Under the pieces are notes generated by a model. It made no database searches. It was not told where the DNA came from and worked only from the letters and a program-made list of their open reading frames with translations. The translations under genes were made by a program, and so were the position numbers. From the NCBI GenBank assembly GCA_031267755.1, contig JAIRYP010000004.1, forward strand, positions 10,686-74,685: a DNA stretch of 64,000 nt, written 5' to 3'. Below are positions 10,726 through 19,829 of the stretch, piece by piece. The stretch's first letter is position 1. Each line of letters begins with the position of its first letter. Source of the DNA: Clostridiales bacterium. Lineage in GTDB: Bacteria; Bacillota; Clostridia; Monoglobales; JAIRYP01.

Positions 10726-11853
10726 TTAATTAGCTGAAATATTGAAAATTTCTTCATAAATCTTTTCTATTTTTTCAGTCATTGTTTTTGCTGTAAATTT
10801 TTTTTTGAAAATTTCAATGCAAGATTTAGAGAATTTTAAATAAGTTTCGTCATCATTTAAAATCTTAATTAAGCATTCAGCCATTTTTTTAGGTTTTTTA
10901 ATTGGAACTACAAATCCATTTACTTCATTTTTAATGATTTTAGAATTGCCGCCAGCATCAGTTACAACACATGGTTTGCCAATACTTAAACCTTCAAGAA
11001 GCGAAAGACTTGTGGCTTCACCTTCGATTGAACAATTAACTTGAACATCAATTATGTTCATAATTTCTGTTACATTATCTAAAAATCCTGTCATTATTAC
11101 TAAATCTTCGAGGCATAATTTTTTAATTTTTTCCTTTAATGGTTTTTCCATTTTCCCGGAACCTGCAATTATAAAAATTATATTTTTAATTCCTAAATTT
11201 TTTATTGTTTTTATAGTTTCTAAAAAAAGCATATGTCCTTTTGATTGAGACAAACGAGCGATAATTCCAACAATTTTTTTATTTGGTTTTATCTTGTATT
11301 TTTCTTTTATTGCTTTTATTTCCAAAGGAGATAATTTTTTAAGTTCTGAAACTCCGTTTAAAATTACACATATTTTTTTTTCATCTATTCCTAATTTAAT
11401 CAAATTAGATTTTGCATCTTCAGCAACTGCGATTATTTTTTCGCACGTTTTAGTGTTTAAAGAGTTATTTATTTTTCTAAAGATTTTTTTAGTAAATATT
11501 TTTTTAGGTTCATAAACGCAATGTTTTGTGTAAATACTTTTTATGTTTAAAAATATAGCTGCAAGTCTTGAAGACAAAACAGAGCTTGTATGAACGATAT
11601 CAGGATTTATTTTTTTCATCAATCTAAGAGAATTTACGATTCCCGAAAAACTAAAAGATTTATCGCGAATTCCTTTAATTTGGTAAAGATCAACATTGTT
11701 AAATTTTTCAATATATTTTTTTAATTCGCTACCTTCGGGAATTGCAACCGATATTTTAAAACGTTCTTTATTATAATATTTTAAAAATTCAACAAGCCAC
11801 TTCCCAGCTCCTCCTACATTTGAATCCGACAAAACATGTAGAATTTTTATCAT
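10726..11853 (-). CDS. glycosyltransferase family 4 (GT-B, group 1)
   Basis: N-terminus reads ILHVLSDSNVGGAGKW. The C-terminal EX7E-type region reads EGEATSLSLLEGLSIGKPCVVTDAGGN. Confidence 0.85.
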   Translation of the reverse strand: MIKILHVLSDSNVGGAGKWLVEFLKYYNKERFKISVAIPEGSELKKYIEKFNNVDLYQIKGIRDKSFSFSGIVNSLRLMKKINPDIVHTSSVLSSRLAAIFLNIKSIYTKHCVYEPKKIFTKKIFRKINNSLNTKTCEKIIAVAEDAKSNLIKLGIDEKKICVILNGVSELKKLSPLEIKAIKEKYKIKPNKKIVGIIARLSQSKGHMLFLETIKTIKNLGIKNIIFIIAGSGKMEKPLKEKIKKLCLEDLVIMTGFLDNVTEIMNIIDVQVNCSIEGEATSLSLLEGLSIGKPCVVTDAGGNSKIIKNEVNGFVVPIKKPKKMAECLIKILNDDETYLKFSKSCIEIFKKKFTAKTMTEKIEKIYEEIFNISAN

Positions 11854-13733
11854 TCAAACTCACCTCCGTTTAATGTTTTATTTTCAATTATTGAACAATT
11901 TGCTAACCCAATTGCAATAATAATCCAAAACATTGTAGAAACTTTATGATTATAAAAAGCGTCATCAAAAAGCCCGTTTAAACAAAATGCCAAAACAGAT
12001 TCACCGATTGCGAGATTAATTAAGAAATGTTGTGATTTTATACAACTTTGTTTAGAAGAAATAATTATTTTTCTAAAGAAAAACAGCAGTAAAATAATAA
12101 AAATTATTAGATTTACAATTCCAGATTCTACAAAAATTTGAAGAAAAGTATTATGAGAGTGTGGCGCTGTTATTCCATTATATTGATAGTTTGAATAGAC
12201 AAAATTGAAATTTTTTTCACTTGGGCCAATTCCAAAAAGCCAAAAATTTTTTAACATTTTAAAAGTTCCAAACCATATGTAAACTCTGTACAAAGTTGAA
12301 GTATCAGAAATATTACCAATGCTTAGAAATCGTTCAAAAATAAAATTTGGTATAAATAAAGTTGATATTATAAACAAAACAGTTAAAATTATTAAAATTC
12401 TTTTATCTAAAATTAAAACGCAGATTAAAAAAGAAATTAAAAGGCCAACCCAACTTCCTCTTGAAAAAGTTAAAATTAAAGCAAAAAAAATCAATACAGC
12501 TGATGAAATATAGAAAAGTTTCATTAATTTATTTTTTTCTATGAAGAACATACAAATTGGAATAAAGAAAACGAGATTTAAATATTCGCCAAGAACGTTT
12601 GGATTGCTAAGAGTTGAATAAACTCTTACACTAATATTTTTAAACATTTCTTTATCAAGCCATGAATTAGAGTTTTCAATTTTTAAAAAGTATTGTAATA
12701 TTCCATACAACGAAACTAATAAAGCCGAAAAAGTGATTGTTTTCAAAACGTTTAAGAGCAAATTTTTGTTTTTTATTAAATTAGCTAAGATAAAATATGA
12801 TGAGATTAATATAATGCGCATACCTAAAATTTTTATGCTGTTTAGTTTAAAAAATGATGTAACAGAAGAAATAAGGGTTAAAAATAAAAAAACAATTATC
12901 AAAAATTCTGTTTCTTTGAAATTTATTTTAATATTTTCATTTGAAATTTTTAGGCAGAATGAAACTGCGCATATAGCACAAATGAATAAAATTATTTTTG
13001 TCGGAAGAATGGGAGTAGAAAAGACTATTACAAAAATTCCGAAGTAAGTATTATAAAAAATAAGCGCTGAAATAATTATTCCTATAACAATGGCTAAACC
13101 CATAGTAAAAGAAAATTGTGCTCCAAAAAATCCACCCACACAACCGATAATAACAGAATTTAACAAATAAATTAGATTTGATTTTTTGTTTTTTTGTTCG
13201 AGATTATAATCTATTTTATGATCTATAAATTTTTCCATTAAATTAAAAATGAAGGAATTTTTGCAGTATTTTAAAAAATTTATATCAAAAATTAAAAAAG
13301 GAATTAAAAAAATAATTATTAGAAATAAAGTCAACAACGAAATATTATATGAATTTTTAGCAAAAATTTTAGAAAAAACATAAAAAGACATAAAAAAAGA
13401 AATAAACAAACTGCTTATAAATTTTGAATTTATAGATAAAAAATAATGTGATATTGATTCTGTTTGTTTTTTAATAAAATTTAATATTAATGAATTATTA
13501 ATTTTTTTTTTAAAATTTTCAGATAGTTTTGAGGTTAATTTTGAATTAAAAATTTTTATTAATAGAGTTTCATCTAGAAAATTTTTTTTTGTAATATTTG
13601 AATTTAAAGTGTGTACAAAAAAGCTATTTTTAAAATTTTTATTTAAGCAAATATGTAATTTTTGAAATATTTTATATGTATAACTAAGTTTGAAAAATTT
13701 TAAATAATTCTCTTTAACATTTTCTCTAATCAT
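11850..13733 (-). CDS. O-antigen ligase / polymerase-like polytopic membrane protein
   Basis: Many TM segments. The loop motif TFSRGSWVGLL is typical of the Wzy_C/O-antigen-ligase domain. It shows 4-nt and 8-nt start/stop overlaps with its neighbours. Confidence 0.65.
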   Translation of the reverse strand: MIRENVKENYLKFFKLSYTYKIFQKLHICLNKNFKNSFFVHTLNSNITKKNFLDETLLIKIFNSKLTSKLSENFKKKINNSLILNFIKKQTESISHYFLSINSKFISSLFISFFMSFYVFSKIFAKNSYNISLLTLFLIIIFLIPFLIFDINFLKYCKNSFIFNLMEKFIDHKIDYNLEQKNKKSNLIYLLNSVIIGCVGGFFGAQFSFTMGLAIVIGIIISALIFYNTYFGIFVIVFSTPILPTKIILFICAICAVSFCLKISNENIKINFKETEFLIIVFLFLTLISSVTSFFKLNSIKILGMRIILISSYFILANLIKNKNLLLNVLKTITFSALLVSLYGILQYFLKIENSNSWLDKEMFKNISVRVYSTLSNPNVLGEYLNLVFFIPICMFFIEKNKLMKLFYISSAVLIFFALILTFSRGSWVGLLISFLICVLILDKRILIILTVLFIISTLFIPNFIFERFLSIGNISDTSTLYRVYIWFGTFKMLKNFWLFGIGPSEKNFNFVYSNYQYNGITAPHSHNTFLQIFVESGIVNLIIFIILLLFFFRKIIISSKQSCIKSQHFLINLAIGESVLAFCLNGLFDDAFYNHKVSTMFWIIIAIGLANCSIIENKTLNGGEFE

Positions 13734-15285
13734 TGATTTTTCTCCTAAAATATCTTTTAATTTCTATAAATTCTTCTATTTTAAAAATTTCACTCAGCCC
13801 CAAATAAATTATAAGACCAAAAGTTGATGATAAAATAATTTTAAGCGAAATGAAATTTTTTGAACATATTTTTTCAATCGCAAAATAAAAAAAATTATAG
13901 ATTAAAAATGTGATTAAATTGCAAAGAAATATCTTAGTTAAATTTAAAATTAATTTTTGTAAATTAAAAAATTTTATATTTTTGTGAAATGAAAAAATTA
14001 AATATATAGCAGAAACAACTATTGATAAAGCGGTTGAAAGAGATATTCCAATGATTTTAAGCTTCAAAAAAATTACAAAAAAAAGCATTAAAATAAAATT
14101 TGTAATTATTCCCAAAATAGAAGAGATCATAGGAATTATTCCATTTTTAACAGCGTAGAAACTTTTATTTAAAATTTCACATACTGCACTAGCAATCATG
14201 CCAAAATTTAGGTAAAAGAGAGATATAGCGGTAATTTTTGATGAATATTCGTCAAAATTCCCCCTCGCATAAACTATTTTTATAATTTGATGTGGAAATG
14301 ATAAAAAAATAGATGATATAAATGAAATTATATATAAAATAAAACTTATGAATTTGCTTACAATTTTTGAAAATTTTTCTTGTTCTTTTTTAAAATTTAA
14401 TTTTGAAATCTTAGGAAACATGAAATTTGAAACTGAATATGAAAATATTCCAACTATGATTAAAAAAATATTATTAGATAAATCAAATGAAGATACGGTT
14501 CCTTCGCCCATTTTTGAAGCAAATCTCATATTAATCATATAACATAATGGTTGAATCCACGAACTTATTAAGACATAATAAGACATTTTAAATGATTCGA
14601 TTATTGCTGAATTTTTGAGATCAAAAAAAAATTTATATTTAAAACACGTTTTTTGAATTGATGGAATTTGTATAATAAACTGAAGATTCCATCCGATTAA
14701 CATTGATAATGCAACACCAATTAAACCATATTTTTTTTTGAATAAAATTAAATAAGTTATTATAAATAAATTTGATATTAGGCTCATAATTGATGAAATT
14801 GTAAAATTTCCAAAAGATTGTAGTATTGCCGCAAGCACGAATGAAATTGATGTAAAAATTACCGATGGAAATAAAATTGAGAGAATTTTTGTTGTATATA
14901 TTTTTTTTTCTAAATTAAAATTTGGCACTATTAAATTAATTATTTGTTTTGAAAAAATGATACCTAATATCGATAAAATAATTGTAAAAATCATTATTAT
15001 TGTTATAAAATTATTTGCAAATTTGAAGGCAGCATCTTTATTTTTTTGTCCAATATACTTATTAAATATTGGTATAAAAACAGTAAATATAGTTGATCCA
15101 AGCGTCATATCGAAAAATAAAAATGGAATTTTGGATGCTGCAATTATAATATCACTTTCTGAACTTATTCCATATAACGAAGCAATTAAGGAGCTTCTAA
15201 CAAGCCCTGATATTTTAGAAAAAAACATTAAGACCATCATAAAAAAAATCGTCTCATATGTTTTATTTGGATTATTTTTGGGCAT
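13726..15285 (-). CDS. murJ: lipid II / polysaccharide flippase, MurJ (MviN) family
   Basis: A 519-aa protein with roughly 14 TM segments. The N-terminus (FFSKISGLVRSSLIASLYGISSESD) matches the MurJ/MviN pattern. Confidence 0.75.
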   Translation of the reverse strand: MPKNNPNKTYETIFFMMVLMFFSKISGLVRSSLIASLYGISSESDIIIAASKIPFLFFDMTLGSTIFTVFIPIFNKYIGQKNKDAAFKFANNFITIIMIFTIILSILGIIFSKQIINLIVPNFNLEKKIYTTKILSILFPSVIFTSISFVLAAILQSFGNFTISSIMSLISNLFIITYLILFKKKYGLIGVALSMLIGWNLQFIIQIPSIQKTCFKYKFFFDLKNSAIIESFKMSYYVLISSWIQPLCYMINMRFASKMGEGTVSSFDLSNNIFLIIVGIFSYSVSNFMFPKISKLNFKKEQEKFSKIVSKFISFILYIISFISSIFLSFPHQIIKIVYARGNFDEYSSKITAISLFYLNFGMIASAVCEILNKSFYAVKNGIIPMISSILGIITNFILMLFFVIFLKLKIIGISLSTALSIVVSAIYLIFSFHKNIKFFNLQKLILNLTKIFLCNLITFLIYNFFYFAIEKICSKNFISLKIILSSTFGLIIYLGLSEIFKIEEFIEIKRYFRRKIND

Positions 15286-15364
15286 TTTAACTCTCCAAAA
15301 AACATTAATGAAATATAAAATTAATTTAATCTTAACGCCAATGACTTAAAATTTTTTAAATAAA

Positions 15365-15613
15365 TTAAATTTGATTTTGTTCTATTGGTTCATATAAAAC
15401 TGAAACGTCTTTTTTTTGTTCTTTAAAACCTATAACTTTCACCTTAACATTTTTTTTACCTATTTTAATTTCTATTGTATCGTTAATTTTAACTTCATAG
15501 GAAGCTTTAGAAACTTTTCCGTTAACACTAATTTTCCCTGCATCACAAGCTTCATTTGCAATCGTTCTTCTTTTTATAAGTCTTGAAATTTTTAAATATT
15601 TGTCAAGTCTCAT
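15365..15613 (-). CDS. yabO: S4-domain RNA-binding protein YabO
   Basis: MRLDKYLKISRLIKRRTIANEACDAGKISVNGK is nearly colinear with Bacillus YabO as I remember it. 82 aa. Confidence 0.85.
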   Translation of the reverse strand: MRLDKYLKISRLIKRRTIANEACDAGKISVNGKVSKASYEVKINDTIEIKIGKKNVKVKVIGFKEQKKDVSVLYEPIEQNQI

Positions 15614-15646
15614 ACTTTCCTCTCTTAAATATTGTTTTAGATGAAA

Positions 15647-16312
15647 TTAATTTTGCCAATTTATAATTTCTTCGTTCATATCACTAAGTATTTTATTTAT
15701 AATAGAAAAATGTTTACATCCAAAAAAGCCGTTGTTGGCAGACAATGGGCTCGGATGCGCTGCTTCTAATATTTTATGTATTGGGTTGGTTATTAAACGT
15801 TTTTTAGTTAATGCATTTTTCCCCCACAGAACAAATATTACAGGCCGTGTTTTTTCATTCAGCAATGAAATAATTTTATCAGTAAAAATTTCCCAACCAA
15901 TTCCTTTATGGCTATTTGCGTTTTTGTGCCTTACGGTTAAGACGGTGTTAAGCAACAATACCCCTTGACATGCCCAGGCTGTAAGATCACCATGCTGTCT
16001 TAATTTAATACCAGTATTTTTTTCTAATTCTACAAAAATATTTTTAAGAGACGGGGGAAGTAAGGCGCCTTTTACGACTGAAAAACATAAGCCATGAGCT
16101 TGATTTTTGTCATGATACGGATCTTGACCAAGTATCACAACTTTAACTTTTTTGTAGGATGTAAATTTTAACGCATTGAATATTTCATTTGGTTTTGGAT
16201 GAATTTTAAAATTTTTGTATTCATAAACTAAAGTTTTTCTAAGGTTTTTATAATAATCTTTTTTAAATTCATTTTTGAGTTTTTCGCCCCAATCATTACC
16301 TAAATCAATCAT
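15647..16312 (-). CDS. ung: uracil-DNA glycosylase
   Basis: Contains GQDPYH, GVLLLNTVLTV and HPSPLSA motifs. Confidence 0.92.
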   Translation of the reverse strand: MIDLGNDWGEKLKNEFKKDYYKNLRKTLVYEYKNFKIHPKPNEIFNALKFTSYKKVKVVILGQDPYHDKNQAHGLCFSVVKGALLPPSLKNIFVELEKNTGIKLRQHGDLTAWACQGVLLLNTVLTVRHKNANSHKGIGWEIFTDKIISLLNEKTRPVIFVLWGKNALTKKRLITNPIHKILEAAHPSPLSANNGFFGCKHFSIINKILSDMNEEIINWQN

Positions 16313-16814
16313 AAATAAAAACCCTTCCTTTAGAAAGACTTTTTTGAACGTCTATGATTCTTTGATTTTTGCTTCCTCTGAATTTAAGAGTTAAATCCCT
16401 AAGAGTCTCATCGTATTTTCCATCGATAAGCAAATTACAATTTTTTAAAATTTTTATAACATTGTTTCCCATATTGATTAATTCTTCAAATGTATATCCA
16501 GAGTAAATGGTTATGTGATATTTCATTTTTTTTAGTATTTTTGAGATTTCAAGAATTTCATTCGCCTGGCAAAACGGTTCTCCGCCCGAAAAAGTAATAC
16601 CTTCGACAAGTTTATTTTTTGTAATAATTTCAATTATTTCTGAAATTTCCAAATAATAACCACCATAAAAACCGTGGGTTTGAGAATTATGACATCCTTT
16701 ACATTTGTGAGGACAACCTTGAACGAAAATTACCGTTCTAATTCCTGGGCCATCAACTATGGATTCGTTAATTATTTGAGAGATTCTTAATTTGGACACT
16801 AAAAGACACACCAA
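16305..16814 (-). CDS. nrdG: anaerobic ribonucleoside-triphosphate reductase activating protein
   Basis: Contains SIVDGPGIR, the radical-SAM cluster GCPHKCKGCHN, and FSGGEP. The exact start is uncertain (TTG at 16814 or a downstream GTG). Confidence 0.85.
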   Translation of the reverse strand: MVCLLVSKLRISQIINESIVDGPGIRTVIFVQGCPHKCKGCHNSQTHGFYGGYYLEISEIIEIITKNKLVEGITFSGGEPFCQANEILEISKILKKMKYHITIYSGYTFEELINMGNNVIKILKNCNLLIDGKYDETLRDLTLKFRGSKNQRIIDVQKSLSKGRVFIYD

Positions 16815-17063
16815 CTAGTTATTTTTTATATAAAAATCCATAATTTCTTCCAAAATTTCGTCTCTTTCAAGTTTTTGAATAATATTTCTTGCATCATTAT
16901 GCGCTGTAATATATGAAGGATCTCCAGACATTATATAGCCAATGATTTGTTTAATTGGCTTATAACCCTTTTCCTTGAGAGAATTATACACATGTTTTAT
17001 AATTTCTTTAGGATGATTAATAGAGCGATTTATAACGGTATCAAAATTCATAGTTTCGTTCAA
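16815..17063 (-). CDS. IreB-family regulatory phosphoprotein (UPF0297)
   Basis: An 82-aa protein. The block GYIMSGDPSYITAHNDARNIIQKLERDEILEE is typical of the family. Confidence 0.8.
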   Translation of the reverse strand: MNETMNFDTVINRSINHPKEIIKHVYNSLKEKGYKPIKQIIGYIMSGDPSYITAHNDARNIIQKLERDEILEEIMDFYIKNN

Positions 17064-17118
17064 AACATTTCAGCCCCCTTTATAATTAAATTTTTATTTT
17101 TTTAAATTTTCTTAAAAA

Positions 17119-19182
17119 TTATCTGAAACATGCATTAAATTCTTTAAACAGTTCTTTTGTCATTTTTTCGAAAAAAATATTAATTTCAAATTCTGTTAAA
17201 GTTCTTTCGCTTGATCTAAAAATTATCGAGTATGTGACACTTTTTGTATTAGGCGTCACTTGATTTCCAAAGTATATGTCAATTAATTTAATTTTCTCAA
17301 TAGTATCATTTTCTAACTTTTTTTTTGTAAAAAAATTTTCAATCTCAGAAATATCTATCTCATTTTTCACAAAAAAGGAAATATCTCTTACAATAGAAGG
17401 AAATTTTGAAACCGGAGAATATTTTCTATTTGAGTTGAAATTTTTTAGAATTTCTTCAAAACTGAGTTCACAAAGATATATTTCATAAGTGGCGCTAAAA
17501 TTTTTTATTTTGTGAGGGTGATATTGTCCAATAAACCCAGCACAAACACCATTTATTAAAACGGATGCTGCTTTTCCAGAATGAAGCAGTTTGTTGTCTT
17601 TCAATTTTTCAAATGAATAATTAAAAATTCCTAAATTTTCAAAAAGCTCTTGAATTGTTCCCTTTAAATCATAAAAATCACAATTTTTACACATGCCAAT
17701 AGATAAAAAAAGATTTTGAACGGGGAGTTTTGGTAAAATATTTTTTTTGTTCATGTTAACTTTATATTCGTTTTGATCTTGCGCTGTTTCGTTTAATCGA
17801 TATATGTTTCCCATTTCGAACAATCTAACTTCGTCGTTATTACAATTTATATTTTTTAAAATAACGTTAATCATAGAATCGATCAAACTTGTTCTCATAG
17901 ATTTACTTTCGTCGCCTGTTGGGTTTGAAATCTCCACTGCTTTACTTGAAACGAATGTATTTAATTTATTATTGGAAAAGGAAGAAGTAATTATTTCAAA
18001 ATAGCCTTGATGAACCAAAATATTTTTAATCTTGTCTTCAATTTCATGTTTTATAGTTTTTCCGTACATGTTAATTTCGCTGTTTATAGGAGTGGAAGGT
18101 ATTTTTTCATAACCATAAATTCTTGAAATTTCTTCAGCAACATCAAAAAAGTTTTCAATATCGTTTCTAAACCACGGGACTGTAATTTTATCGTTTTCAA
18201 CTTTAAAACCAAGTTTAGACAAAATATCTATCATGTCTTTTTTTTGTATGTTGCTTCCCAAAATTTTATTTATTTGATCGGCTTCGAGATTGATAATTTT
18301 TTCTTTGAAGACAGAATCAATTTTTTTAGTAATTGTACCTTCAAGTACGTTTCCACATCCAATATTTGAAATTAATTGGCATGCACGGTTAATTGCAAAA
18401 AATACGTTTTCTTGAAGAATATTTTTCTCAAAAAACGATGAAGCATTAGTTTTAATTCCAAGTTTTTTTGAAGTATTTTTAATTTTTTCTGCACTAAAAT
18501 TTGCTGCTTCTAATAAGATGGTTTTTGTGCTATTAGTTACAATTGTATTAAAACCACCCATAATTCCAGCAAGTCCTATAGCTTTTTTGTCATCACTGAT
18601 CACAATCATAGTTTCGTCAAGCTTTCTTTCTACTTTGTCTAAAGTTTTTAAAATTTCACCTTTATTTGCTAACCTTACAATAATTTTTTTGTTAGAAATA
18701 TTATTTAAATCATATGCATGCATTGGTTGTCCATACTCGAGCATAACATAATTAGTGATGTCTACAACGTTATTTATTGGTTTAATTCCAAAACATTTTA
18801 AACGATTTTGAAGCCATTCTGGAGATTCTTTTATACTAACATTTTTAATAACTTTGGCAGAAAATATAGAACATAGATCAAAATTTGTAATTTCAACAGA
18901 AATTTCATTTTCTATTTCTCCTGAAATTTGAACAAATTCCAAATCAGGAATTTTAAATTTCCTATCAAAAACTGCAGCAAATTCTCTTGAAATGCCAAAA
19001 ACACTTAAACAATCCGGTCGATTACTAGTTAATTCAATTTCTAAAACGTATTCATTTGTTTCTTTATTTTTTTCTATTTTTTCAACCTTGGTTCCGCTCA
19101 TAGTTAAAGCTTTAGAAATTTTCTCGTTTGTTATATTTTCAAGATCAACATAGTCGTTAATGCACGCAAGCGGAAATTTCAT
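17119..19182 (-). CDS. pheT: phenylalanyl-tRNA synthetase beta subunit (short form)
   Basis: The N-terminal MKFPLACINDYVDL is followed by the B3/4 region TSNRPDCLSVFGISRE, a B5 domain and a C-terminal FDX-ACB-like domain. It is 687 aa, and the usual OB-fold tRNA-binding insert is missing. Confidence 0.88.
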   Translation of the reverse strand: MKFPLACINDYVDLENITNEKISKALTMSGTKVEKIEKNKETNEYVLEIELTSNRPDCLSVFGISREFAAVFDRKFKIPDLEFVQISGEIENEISVEITNFDLCSIFSAKVIKNVSIKESPEWLQNRLKCFGIKPINNVVDITNYVMLEYGQPMHAYDLNNISNKKIIVRLANKGEILKTLDKVERKLDETMIVISDDKKAIGLAGIMGGFNTIVTNSTKTILLEAANFSAEKIKNTSKKLGIKTNASSFFEKNILQENVFFAINRACQLISNIGCGNVLEGTITKKIDSVFKEKIINLEADQINKILGSNIQKKDMIDILSKLGFKVENDKITVPWFRNDIENFFDVAEEISRIYGYEKIPSTPINSEINMYGKTIKHEIEDKIKNILVHQGYFEIITSSFSNNKLNTFVSSKAVEISNPTGDESKSMRTSLIDSMINVILKNINCNNDEVRLFEMGNIYRLNETAQDQNEYKVNMNKKNILPKLPVQNLFLSIGMCKNCDFYDLKGTIQELFENLGIFNYSFEKLKDNKLLHSGKAASVLINGVCAGFIGQYHPHKIKNFSATYEIYLCELSFEEILKNFNSNRKYSPVSKFPSIVRDISFFVKNEIDISEIENFFTKKKLENDTIEKIKLIDIYFGNQVTPNTKSVTYSIIFRSSERTLTEFEINIFFEKMTKELFKEFNACFR

Positions 19183-19191
19183 AATTTCTCC

Positions 19192-19785
19192 TTATATTTT
19201 TGTGTTCTTTAATCCTTTGTTTTTAAATTCTATTACGCGAAACATTTTTATTTTTTTTGAAATTATAGAACTCAAAACACAGAGTAAAAAATCGCTAGGC
19301 AAAAAAATCATAGACCAGTTTATTAAAAAATAAATTAATTTTTTTTGTATGTCAAGATAATAATTCATGATTAAATAACCATATAAAACTCCGAAAAAAT
19401 GAACTATCGTTAAGTTTATAAAACTTGCAATAATCATAACAGTCAAAGACTCAGTTTTAAATTTTTCGATTATTGTGCCGCAAACATATGAACCAAAAAT
19501 AAAACCTAATATGTATCCGAAAGTTGGTTTAAAAATATAACCAAATCCTCCGCCACAACTGAAAATCGGAAAACCCATTAAGCCGACCAAAACATAAGTT
19601 ATGATTGATAAACTTGCAAGTCTTCCACCTAAAATCAAAGCTGCAGCATTTGATATTGGAAATTGTAAAGTAAAAGGTACCATCCATGGAGTATTTATTT
19701 TAATAAATGAGCCAGCTGCAACAAGTGATGCAAACAAACTGCATAGCGCAATTTCTTTAACAAGTCTTTTTTGTTCTATAAACAA
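19192..19785 (-). CDS. bioY: biotin transporter BioY (ECF S component)
   Basis: 197 aa with 5-6 TM segments. It carries a BioY-like pattern (TPWMVPFTLQ, GGRLASLS, GFPIFSCGGG). Confidence 0.8.
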   Translation of the reverse strand: MFIEQKRLVKEIALCSLFASLVAAGSFIKINTPWMVPFTLQFPISNAAALILGGRLASLSIITYVLVGLMGFPIFSCGGGFGYIFKPTFGYILGFIFGSYVCGTIIEKFKTESLTVMIIASFINLTIVHFFGVLYGYLIMNYYLDIQKKLIYFLINWSMIFLPSDFLLCVLSSIISKKIKMFRVIEFKNKGLKNTKI

Positions 19786-19829
19786 CTCTCCTTTTCTCCT
19801 TATGTATTTTAAATAAGCATTTATATTAT

